Shown here: positions 8,444 to 18,500 of the stretch, piece by piece | How the letters are laid out: each line of letters starts with the position of its first letter | Position numbering within the stretch: position 1 is the stretch's first letter | NCBI GenBank assembly: GCA_050296515.1 | Contig: JBNKRJ010000032.1 | Span: 1,128 to 65,127 of the forward strand | Reading direction: 5' to 3' | Origin: Bacteroidales bacterium | GTDB taxonomy: Bacteria; Bacteroidota; Bacteroidia; Bacteroidales; NBLH01 | Length of the DNA stretch: 64,000 nucleotides | The notes under the pieces: model-generated | The model's database searches: none | What the model saw: the letters and a program-made list of their open reading frames with translations, nothing else | What the model was told of the DNA's origin: nothing | Program-made: the position numbers and the translations under genes

Positions 8444-8704
8444 CTAAATGTCATTGGTAAATATACTACCAAAGCGCGTAAGCAAGCCAAGAAGCACCAG
8501 TAAGCCACAAAGTATCTCAAATACCCCTACAAATGCTGCCAGAAATTCCGGCGAAGGCAATCCAATGCTTTCAAATCTTCCTAACCCTTTTAAGGCTGGA
8601 AACAGAAACTTTTGAATCCCTTCGGAGAGAAAAACTACACCAACCATTAAATGAATTAAAATAGTTGTTTTAGCATCGTTTGTATGTAGAAATATTTTTA
8701 ACAT
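8444..8704 (-). CDS. DoxX-family membrane protein, apparently 3'-truncated
   Basis: Start taken at MLKIFL, because the longer ORF overlaps the upstream gene. GVVFLSEGIQKFLFP...GRFESIGLPSPEFLAAFVGVFEILCGLLVLLGLLTRF is typical DoxX. The reading frame stops after the third helix, where family members normally continue for another helix or more. Confidence 0.5.
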   Translation of the reverse strand: MLKIFLHTNDAKTTILIHLMVGVVFLSEGIQKFLFPALKGLGRFESIGLPSPEFLAAFVGVFEILCGLLVLLGLLTRFGSIFTNDI

Positions 8705-8705
8705 A

Positions 8706-9197
8706 TTATTGATAAAATTTAAAATCCTGGTTGCTAAATGTCTGTTCACTCGGGTTTTTTACAACATTAAACTCAAAATTTGTTGCACGGTGGCAACTAT
8801 TGCAGGTGTTTGTCAACAAAGAATAGCTGCTTTTAAAAAGTTCGTTGTTTTTCTGTTCAATAGCATCGTTTACGCTATCTAATGCCGGGGCTATCATTCC
8901 AATCTTTTGGCTTTCTTCCCGTTCTGTTTGATATTTTTGAATATTTTCAATCGCTTCCATTATTTCATGTATTTCAAAATCAGCCAGTTTCCAGTTGTTA
9001 TTTTGTCCTGCAAACCAAAGTTTGGCATGATGTGCCTGAATATTACTCATGAATTCTCCAAAGCCTGGTTTATAAGTTTCTGAGAGTTTGTCTTCAAGGC
9101 TATCAACGCGGTTTTGCAAAATTTGCACCTGGTGATTGGTTTGTTGGTTGCAACTTAAAAGCCCCAGTGCTATGCATAAATAGATTGCTGGTTTCAT
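8706..9197 (-). CDS. Lipoprotein with C-terminal CXXCH haem-binding motif (class II cytochrome c / cytochrome c'-like)
   Basis: Lipobox LGLLSC; helical sequence; a single CNSCH motif ~25 aa from the C-terminus, the placement characteristic of four-helix-bundle class II c-type cytochromes. Confidence 0.5.
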   Translation of the reverse strand: MKPAIYLCIALGLLSCNQQTNHQVQILQNRVDSLEDKLSETYKPGFGEFMSNIQAHHAKLWFAGQNNNWKLADFEIHEIMEAIENIQKYQTEREESQKIGMIAPALDSVNDAIEQKNNELFKSSYSLLTNTCNSCHRATNFEFNVVKNPSEQTFSNQDFKFYQ

Positions 9198-9497
9198 TTT
9201 TTTCTGTTTTTTTGTTTTTCCTGTTTGTTTTTTGACTATGACACGTAGTGCCTTATGTATTAAGGAAAATGTAGTTTAAAGCGTTGTGAAATCGGATCAA
9301 AACATTGTCAGGTCTATCGACACTAGCAAGTTATACCAATTGCATTTATATTTTAGTTCAATAATAAATATAAATTGCAATGGTAAATGCCGATAGATAA
9401 ATATGTTTAGTACAATTTAATTCATGAAAATTGGACCATTAGATATTTCCAAACGGTATTGCTTTATCCTGACAGATGAAATATTCAAAAAATGGTG

Positions 9498-9932
9498 TCA
9501 GTTTTTGATACAAAAATTATCACGAATAACCTCATTAAGCATCTTCATCGTAATGGGTTTGCATATAAAGCCGTCTAAGTCATCTATTTGACTTGCTTTC
9601 TCTTCATCATCGGGATTATTGCTTGACGTCAGCATGGTAATCACTCTCTTTTTCTTTTCTTGTAATTTGCGGTTGGCATATTCTTCAAGAAACTCCCAGC
9701 CATCCATTTGCGGCATATTAATGTCCAGAAGTATTAAATCTGGTTGAAGAAGTGATTTTTTTGAGGAATAAAGCCCTGTCCCTGTTAGATAATCAATTGC
9801 TGCTTTTCCATTCAAAACCGATTCCACATGAACATCCAATTCCATTTTTTCAATTAATAGCCTGATATAATAATTGTTCATTTCTTCGTCATCGACTAAT
9901 AATATACAATCCAGGTTTTTTAACTTTTTCAT
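9498..9932 (-). CDS. Stand-alone receiver-domain response regulator
   Basis: ILLVDDEE, LILLDINMPQMDG, LTSS, and K in FICKP. No output domain. Lies 7 nt downstream of the PAS kinase. Confidence 0.85.
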   Translation of the reverse strand: MKKLKNLDCILLVDDEEMNNYYIRLLIEKMELDVHVESVLNGKAAIDYLTGTGLYSSKKSLLQPDLILLDINMPQMDGWEFLEEYANRKLQEKKKRVITMLTSSNNPDDEEKASQIDDLDGFICKPITMKMLNEVIRDNFCIKN

Positions 9933-9939
9933 AATAAAT

Positions 9940-11394
9940 TCATTTATTAAGGATGGTAAAATAAAATGTACTCCCTTTGTCTAATTCCGATTCTACCCAT
10001 ATTTTTCCATCATGTAGTTCAACAACTTTTTTACAATGGGCTAAACCAATCCCAATACCATCATACTCATTTCTGCCATGGAGGCGCTGAAACAACAAAA
10101 ATACCTTTTCCTTTTTATTAGAGGGAATTCCAATTCCGTTATCTTTGATTGCAAATTCCCAACCACCATTGATTTCTTTTGCATTGACATAAATTTCAGG
10201 ACTTACACCCGTTTTTCTATATTTAATGGCGTTGCTAAGAAGGTTTTGAAATAACAATCTCAACTCCACCTCGTATGCATTTATAACAGGTAAAGCTCCC
10301 AAAGAAATTTTGCTGTTAGATGTTTTAATGGCAGCCTCCAAATCTTCAAGCACAAATAAAACAAGTTCTTTTGTGTTAATGCTGGTTATTTCAGCATTTC
10401 TCCCTAAACGAGAAAAATCAAGCAGACCTGAAATAAGATCCATCAGTCTTAAAGAAGACCTGGAAATATAATTCAACATTTTAAATAATTCCTTGTTTGT
10501 CTTGTATTCCTCATCTTCTAACAATAAACCTATTATACTGATAATGGAGTTCAAGGGTTCACGCAAATCATGAGAAGTGATATAAGTGAATTGTTCAAGC
10601 TCTTTATTTTTATCTTCTATTTTTTTGGTGTATAATCTGAAAGCATCTTCATTTTTTTTCCGTTCAGTAATGTCAATGATAGATGCCAGCACAAAGTTCC
10701 CTTCATCTTTTTCAATGGGGGTCAGGCCAATTTCAACAGGAATTTCAGTTCCATCCTTGTGCATGGCATATAAATCCCGCCCGGCTCCCATAGCACGTTT
10801 TTGTGGGTTTAAGTGATATGTATGTCTCAAGCTCTGGTGTTTCTCTTTCATTTGTTTAGGCAGCAAAAGTTCAATCTTTTCGCCAAGAAGTTCCTCGCTT
10901 GAGTAACCAAAGAGTGTCTCCGTTTGTTTATTAATCATAACAATTTCACCCCTTTCATTCGCCAGCAACATGGCACTAGGTGCAGATTCAACAACCAATC
11001 TAAACTGCTCCCTTGCTTTTAAACTTTCAGTAATGTTATTTACTGCTGTTAAGACAAAGGTTTCTTCGTCCGTAATAATTGGGTTTAAGCCTATTTCAAC
11101 CGGAAACTCAACATTGTCTTTTCTAAGAGCAACCATTTCAAGGTTTTCGCCCATCTGTCGACTAGTAAGATTATTAAAGTAATCAGTTAAAAAATGAAGA
11201 TGTTTCACCCTGAATTTTTCAGGAATAAGCACGCTCAAGTCCAGACCTATCAATTCTTCTTTTTTATACAAAAAAAGTTTTTCAGCAAATTTGTTTAAAT
11301 AAGCTATTTTCCCAAAGCCATTTACTAATATTAAGGCTATGGGCGATGCTTCAACCATTAGCTGAAAATTCAATTCTTTATGCTGAATTTCCAT
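9940..11394 (-). CDS. PAS-PAS sensor histidine kinase (cytoplasmic)
   Basis: Two PAS-like repeats (...GKIAYLNKFAEKLFLYKKEELIG..., ...GEIVMINKQTETLFGYSSEELLG...). H-box ITSHDLREPLNSI; HATPase_c boxes NAIKY, DNGIGI, GIGLA. No TM segment. Confidence 0.9.
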   Translation of the reverse strand: MEIQHKELNFQLMVEASPIALILVNGFGKIAYLNKFAEKLFLYKKEELIGLDLSVLIPEKFRVKHLHFLTDYFNNLTSRQMGENLEMVALRKDNVEFPVEIGLNPIITDEETFVLTAVNNITESLKAREQFRLVVESAPSAMLLANERGEIVMINKQTETLFGYSSEELLGEKIELLLPKQMKEKHQSLRHTYHLNPQKRAMGAGRDLYAMHKDGTEIPVEIGLTPIEKDEGNFVLASIIDITERKKNEDAFRLYTKKIEDKNKELEQFTYITSHDLREPLNSIISIIGLLLEDEEYKTNKELFKMLNYISRSSLRLMDLISGLLDFSRLGRNAEITSINTKELVLFVLEDLEAAIKTSNSKISLGALPVINAYEVELRLLFQNLLSNAIKYRKTGVSPEIYVNAKEINGGWEFAIKDNGIGIPSNKKEKVFLLFQRLHGRNEYDGIGIGLAHCKKVVELHDGKIWVESELDKGSTFYFTILNK

Positions 11395-11869
11395 TATATT
11401 GCAATATTATACCCTGTAAATAAACGATGCTTTAGTTTTCTTTCGTGTTGCTTTGCGAAAACTAAACACTAACAGGACCTTCGGGCACTGCCAGGTTCCT
11501 TTGATCTGTCAGTATCGGCAGACCTTACAGTGTCTTTAGTGCATTTAGCAACGTTATTAAAACTACAGCTTAAACTTTACATAAACATTTATTAATTAAT
11601 GTTTTATCTGATTTAACGGATTTTCCTAAACCTTGTATTTTAACATAGTTCTGTTTTGATTAAATAACAATGTTTAATTTACAATTTGTTTTTTTTCAAA
11701 TTCAAATATTAATTTGATTAATTCAGGTATAGAGAACGCTTTTTGTCCTCGGCTTTCATTTGTTAGCCTGCCATTGGTGGAATTATCCTATATCTTCAAA
11801 CTTTATACTGATTTTTTACAACCTTGCTGTGTATTGCTTTTCGCAACTACTTTTATACAACTTTAATAA

Positions 11870-11950
11870 ATATCAACGGGGATTTGCAGAAAAAAACTTA
11901 ATATAGATGGAGCGATAAATATAAGCACCCTCTTCAACAGTGCTGAATTA
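11870..11950 (+). pseudogene. 3'-terminal remnant of a LuxR-type regulator gene (paralog of the end of 7509..8390)
   Basis: 11887..11950 aligns to 8329..8393 at roughly three-quarters nucleotide identity and reads (R)KKLNIDGAINISTLF against RKKLNIDGAENISTFL. An in-frame stop at 11867 lies just upstream, and the ancestral stop is lost. Confidence 0.5.
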
Positions 11951-12339
11951 GTCCATTCTATTTCTAGGGTTAATATGATTAGTAAACAGCTTATTACATC
12001 TGTAAGAGATAGTATACTTTCCCCTTTTCCACACCCTAAAACTAATAACTATCCATCGCATAAAAAGAAAATCAAGAAAAAAAGAATTCCAAACCAGGGA
12101 GAAATGAAGTTCCCCGTGCAAAACTAAAAAAAATCACGGTTACCAGGTTTGGGTAAATTTTACAAAATTCGATTCTTGCCTAAATCGTTTAATTGCATCA
12201 ATACCGAAAAGAATAAAATCATTGGCCAGCAAGTCATTAGTATTTTGCTAAGACTAACTGATGGCCGAACCCATCAGTTAGATGATTGGTTCAATTTATT
12301 CAATTCTTAATTTATCATTTTTAATTCTTTCCAAAACAA

Positions 12340-12381
12340 TTGTCCACCTTTTGTCCACCCCTCCCGATAAAGTTGTCCACC
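12340..12381 (+). promoter_or_regulatory. Three direct TTGTCCACC boxes at 11- and 22-bp spacing
   Basis: Exact 9-mers at 12340, 12351 and 12373, lying 150-195 bp upstream of the giant gene start and just upstream of a predicted promoter. Confidence 0.5.
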
Positions 12382-12389
12382 CCAAAAAC

Positions 12390-12421
12390 TTGCTGTAGCA
12401 CAGTGGGTTCAATAACTTTGT
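12390..12421 (+). promoter_or_regulatory. Candidate Bacteroidota sigmaA-type promoter (TTG ... TAACTTTG)
   Basis: TTG at 12390-12392 and TAACTTTG (fits TAnnTTTG) at 12414-12421, with a 21-nt spacer. The -7 box is bracketed by a CTGTAGCA direct repeat (12393, 12424). Confidence 0.4.
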
Positions 12422-12461
12422 ACTGTAGCAAAAAAATCACAAAACGCTCTTTTGCATACTA

Positions 12462-12491
12462 AAACCGGTTAAAATAAAAACGGTTTTTTTA
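12462..12491 (+). promoter_or_regulatory. Weak terminator-like hairpin in the leader of the giant gene
   Basis: AAAACCG-13 nt loop-CGGTTTT followed by a T-run, ~45 nt before ATG 12534. The stem is A/U-rich and weak. Confidence 0.25.
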
Positions 12492-12533
12492 TTCTAAACA
12501 ATCGCTGGTTTAAAAAATACTAAATAAGAAAAG

Positions 12534-15500
12534 ATGAAAGCAAAAATTAGAAGTATAGTAGTATTGCTGGGTATACTGCTTATTTCAACAAACTTAATCA
12601 CTGCACAAAATCCCAATGACAATCTCGAAATCCTTGAAGATGGAATGTGTAATGGAAAAGTGAAACTCAAAACAATCCGTTACGATGGAGGAAATAAAAT
12701 CTCAGATTACCTTTGGGTGCAATTCAAAGCCACTGATGGTAGCTGGAAGACTATTTTTTACACCGATCATTACATGAATAATGGGCACAATACCTATTCT
12801 CCTGAATTTTATGACGGTGGGGAATATATTTTATCTTATAGTGATGGTCCATACTACTGGGAATATTATTTTAACCCTGAAGCTGTTGATGCAGCAGTAT
12901 ATAACACCGAGGTAACAATCAGGGCTGTAGAATCTTCTGATGCAACACTTGATGCGGACGATCCTACCTACGAACTAACCTGCAACCCCTGGAAAGCGAA
13001 TGCACCAACTGGTGTGCAGGCCTCACAGGCAGATTATTGTGGTTATGTAAGCGTAAGCTGGGAAGCACCTTCTAACATATCTGGGAAAAACGGCGCCTAC
13101 AGGGTCTACCAGGATGGTTCGCCGATCAATAGCAATGCCACTTCACCATATAAAGATTACACATCAGGTTCTCATGAATACAAAGTAGCCTGGGTATCAG
13201 AATGTGATAACTTTGAAGGCACTCAAAGCAGCACTGTTACAGGCTCTACGAAAGGAGCAGGCAGCGCACCTTCTGGGTTAACTGCCACTGATGACCAATG
13301 CGAAAATAAAATTGAGCTAAGGTGGGAATGGTACGATGGGAACCCATCAGAGTTTACTTTAAAAAGGAGCACTTCACCAGATCTCTCTGGCGCAACTTTG
13401 TTTACCATTAATGGCGATTTACGTAATTATACTGATGCTGTGCCCAATGCCAACCAAACATATTATTACAAAGTTGGCGGCAAAGACGAATGTAACAACG
13501 AGCTGTACTCAAGCGTGGTAGAAGGAATCGGGCGAAACGCACCGGTAGCACCCTCCATGAACAACGCTTATGTCTCAGGTTCTGACATTATTATTAATTG
13601 GACCGATAACTCCTCCACTGAGACCGGTTTCGAAATCGTAAGGACTTCGCCACAAGGTAGCTCAAGTTTTACAGTTGGTGAAGACGTAACAAGCTATACC
13701 GATAATGGAGTAGGAAGCTGTGTAACTTATACTTACAAAGTAAAAGCAAAAAACACGTGTGCTACAGATGGAGTCATCAGTGCAAACTCCAAGTCGGCAA
13801 AGAGATCCCCCAGCATTGGCTCGGCAATGAGCACTTTTGAAACTTCAAAAGGGTATTTTAATGATAAAGTTAAACTAGACTGGGATTACACTAACCAAAA
13901 CGACATTGAAAAAATAAATGTCTACAGAAGGGAATATGGTTCCGGCTCTTATAAATTGATTGAATCGCTGGATCCTACCACTACTTATGCTGATGTTTCC
14001 GCAACAGCTGGTGTTTTGTATCAATATAAAATACAAGGACAAAAAAACTGTGAAAACACCCTCTTAACAACTAATTACAGAGAAGATATTGGACTAAGAA
14101 GCCCAACAGCCATTGTCAGCGGGCACATTGAATTTGAAAACGGACAGGCTGTAAAAGATGTCGCAGTATTGGTCGCCAATTCAAGTGGAGCAAACGGAAC
14201 TTCATTGTATTTTAATGGTTCAAATGCCTATGCTTCAATTCCATCTTCATCTGCTTTATCCCCAACAACCGGAATCAGTATTGAAGCATGGGTAAAACCA
14301 ACAAGTAATAAATCCAACAATTATATTTTAAGCAAAGGCACAGCCTATGAATTATATCTACAAAATAAGCAACCCGTTTTTAAACTTAATAATGGCACCG
14401 CAACTGTCCATTTTGCTGTTGATACTTTTGAAACAAACGAATGGCGACACATTGCAGTAAGCTACGACAAGGCCTATTTACGATTGTATGTAAACGGCAG
14501 GTTAAAAGATTCCGTAGCTTATGCTTCTAATATCTATACCAATTCCAGCTCATTGTATATTGGGCGTGGCCCATCCGGTTACTTTTCTGGTAATATTGAT
14601 GAGGTAAGGGTTTGGAACAGGGCCAAAAGCTCACAAGAAATTTACCGCGATTATCAGCGAATTGCCTCGGGTGATGAAAACGGATTAGTGGGTGCCTGGA
14701 ATTTGGATGAGAACACAGGTTCGTACATTTTTGATCGTTCACACGTAGGTGTCAATTACAATAAAAACCATGGGAACATTTATTCTGCCTCATGGAGCAG
14801 CGATATTACCAAACAGGAAAACCTAAGCTACAGGGGATATACCGATGAAAACGGAGACTACACCGTTAGCGGTATTCGATATAGTGCATCAGGTGAAAAC
14901 TTCCTGGTGGTTCCTTACATTTTGTACCACACTTTTCAGCCATCGAACAAAACATTGTTCCTGGGCAGTGGCAACGATATTGTAAACAATGTCGACTTTA
15001 CTGATAAATCTTCATTCAGGGTAACAGGCACCGTGCAATACAATGATTGTAGCTGTTATGCCGAAGATGTCAGAGTTTTGATTGATGGTGAATCCATTAT
15101 TAAAGATGGCTTGCCCATACAAACTGACGAAAATGGCTTTTTCGATTTAAATGTCCCAATTGGTTATCACAAACTAAGCGTGGTTAAAAATGGGCATGTA
15201 TTTAAAAATGAAGGAAAATGGCCACCAGCAAGCGAAGAGTATCCCGATGGATTGTTCTATTATAAAGAGCCCATTACAGGTATAGAAATTATTGATTCTA
15301 CAAAAGTTAAAGTAGTTGGAAGAGTAGTAGGTGGTTCCGTTGAAGCTGCTAAAGATCCAGCACTGGGGTTATCGGTTAACAATATTGGTGTTGCACACCT
15401 GAAATTTGATGCCGAAGGGGTTGGTGTACCTTGTTATACCAACGATGTTTATACAGATGTAAATACAGGAGAATATACTATTGACCTGCCTCCTATGCGT

Positions 15501-18500
15501 TTTGTGGTACATGCTGCAGAAGGTACCAACCCCAACGCCCCCGTTTTAAGCAATCCTGGTATTATATTCGATGCTTTTCCTATACTCGATTTGAATAACA
15601 ATTTCCCAATGCAAACAGTATCCGTTGACGAAACTATTGATGTAAATGCTTATGTACGCATTAACTCACAAATTGATACAGCAAGGGTAATTATTGAGGG
15701 CGACACTACTTTTCAAAAAGTAAATATTGTAAATAATTCGGCGAGTGTATTAATCCAGCAAGATGTTTATGCTATAGCCGTAACTCAAAACACGACTTAT
15801 ACAAATAAAACAATAAAATTAAGTGATTACGAAGTTACCCGCACCAACACCTATCAGGTCGAAAACAATTACATCTACAGAACAGAACCACAAATTGTTG
15901 TAACGGCAAATGATGGTTCACCTTTTATGGGAGAGAAAAAAATCAGTTATAAATTAAAAGACGGGACTAAATTTAAAATCGACATTGAAAAATCTCCGTT
16001 TAAATTTCCGGTTTTTGAATTTACTAAAAGCTACAAAGCGCTGATTGCAGCAGTAGAGAACTATAAAAACCTTGATGAGGATGCTCCTGTTAACATGGAT
16101 ACTGTTCCTGTAAGCGATGGTAAGTTGATTATTATGAATGGTTTGGCCAATGATGAATATGTAGAGCAGGATTTGACCGAAACAGGCAGTTTCCTTTATG
16201 ACTTTAAAGCAGGAAAACCGAATATACTTTACAATTCTACGCATCCCGAATATAGTTTTACCCAGATATTTAATCTGAACCTTCAGGCAGGTGGAAAAAC
16301 ATATGAATGGACTCCACTAAGCGAAGGCGATGGATATTACAGGGCCTATATTTTGGGTAACAGGCCGATAAACGGAACTGATTTTATCACAGAGGGTCCG
16401 CAATTGGTCGAGTACATATTGCGCGATCCTCCGGGTTCTGAAAGCTATGCTTTTCATGAAGCAGGCTCTACTCACCGAACAACTACCACTTTTAATCTTT
16501 CCAGTAGTCAGTATATGGGGGTAGATACTGAAATCAAGGCAGGCGTAGAATTTGAAACAGGTCTTGGTTATTCAACAGAAACAAGTATAGAAGCTACTGA
16601 AACTGAAAGTATGGAAGTATCATTATCTGAAGAATATTCCAATACACTTGAAAAAACAACTACTTATAACGAAACCTGGCAAACAAGTGATTCACCTGAA
16701 CTTGCAGGGGCGGCCAGTGATTTGTATATAGGTTCATCTACTAATTATGCTGTAGGGTTGACTAATAATATTCAGTTAATCCCAGATAGTGCGATGGGCT
16801 CATCAACAGTGGTTACTACCGGAGAAATAAACAAGGGTTTTACGATTGGTTTAAAAAAGAGCTTTATTATTGCCCCAACAGGTGAGTCTACTGATTTTAT
16901 CTATTCGCAGGATCATATTTTAAATTATCTGATTCCACAATTAATTCAGATAAGAAATGACATCTTACTTTCTGATGCTAATTATGAATCATATTTATCG
17001 GCTGATAATCAAATGTTTGGGACTAATAATGACGATCCTGAATGGGGCACATTGGCTACTTCTGAAAACTATTTATTAACAGATCCTGAAGACTGGGATG
17101 GCCCTAGTTATCATTATCTTCCTGCTGACTTACCTGAAAATCAGAGGCCTAAAGATTTTAAGGATAAAGTGCGATATTATAATCAGCAGATCAGACTATG
17201 GCAAGAAGCTATTGAAGAAAACGAAAGAGAAAAAATGAATGCCACGCTTAAAAAGAACATTTCGTTTGATGCCGGAAGCGAATACAGCTATACAGTTGAA
17301 ACAACAAGAGAACGCATTAATGCTTTTACTGTTGAATTAGGCATATCTTATGACTGGGCTTTGTCTGCAGGGATCGAAGTAGGGGGTTCCGGTTTGGGTG
17401 CCACATTGGCAATGGGACTTGATGTTGGATTTGGATTCAATGGCGAATGGGCTAGTGGCTCAACAAACTCGAATGGTTTTGTTCTTCACGATCCCGATCA
17501 GGGTGACTATTTTTCAGTGGATGTGAAAGATCCTCATTCCGATAATTCTTTGGTTTTTGTATTGAAAGGTGGAAGAAGCATGTGTCCTGCTGAAGGTGGC
17601 GAAGAGGCCTTGTTTTATAAAAATCAAAAATACAAAGTTACTGATACGAATAAAGAAGCGATCAACAAAACTTTAAAAACCTTAATTTCAAATGAAATAA
17701 ACGATGAGTTTATAGAGCTAAAAGACATTGCCGAGGGAATGAACGGATCTTATAACTTTCCGTCTAATAAAGCAAGCAAACTAAAAAGTGTTGTTTCAAA
17801 CCTGGCTAATTTGCCTGATTCGCTGGCCAACGCAGCTGGAAAAGACATAGAAAACAATATGCTATCTGTTACTTATGATAATGAATCAAAGCTTTCTGAG
17901 ACAGTTGATACATTGACTACCTGGAAATTCGTCAGCCAGCTGAATGATTTCATTAATTCAATGGATTCGGCCAAATTAGCAGACGATTATAATACAAAAA
18001 GAACAGATTTATTGCAATACAGTCTATGTGATCCAACAGTAGCAGCATCGTATTACAATGCTGTAAAGCGTGCCCTTACAATGAATGCCGGAGTGGATAC
18101 AGTCATTACAGAAACACTTTATTTGAATGCTGCCACCATCCAGCGCGAGCAGCCTACTATCTCAGCTTATCCGCCCGAAATGTTTGATATTTATGAAGAC
18201 AAAATGGCTTATTTCACACTTGATTTAGGAAATGAAAACCCAAATGGCGATGCCATGTGGTACAAGGTAAGAGTGGTTGATGGTTCAAATCCATACGGAG
18301 CAACCATTGAAATAGATGGCGAACCAATTGAAGGCAGGGAGTTTGAAATTCCTGCAGGAAAATCAATTCAAAAAATGATAACAGTTAAAAAAGGTGATCC
18401 AGATGTATTTGACTACGATAGCATTGGCATTATGATTTATTCACCTTGCGATTGGGAATTCCACACCAACGGGCGCACCTTTACAATTGGTGATACTTGT

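Noticed and set aside
9313-9397. AT-rich nested hairpin (TCTATCG...CCAATTGCATTTATATTT / AAATATAAATTGCAATGG...CGATAGA) considered as a terminator of the kinase/regulator operon.
   Set aside because: The stem is almost entirely A-T with bulges, there is no T-run on the relevant strand, and it lies ~100 nt from the stop. I could not distinguish it from chance in AT-rich DNA.
11974-12129. 51-codon ORF MISKQLITSVRDSILSPFPHPKTNNYPSHKKKIKKKRIPNQGEMKFPVQN (plus its stop codon) upstream of the giant gene.
   Set aside because: It is simply the read-through continuation of the decayed regulator remnant frame. It is low complexity with no supporting features.
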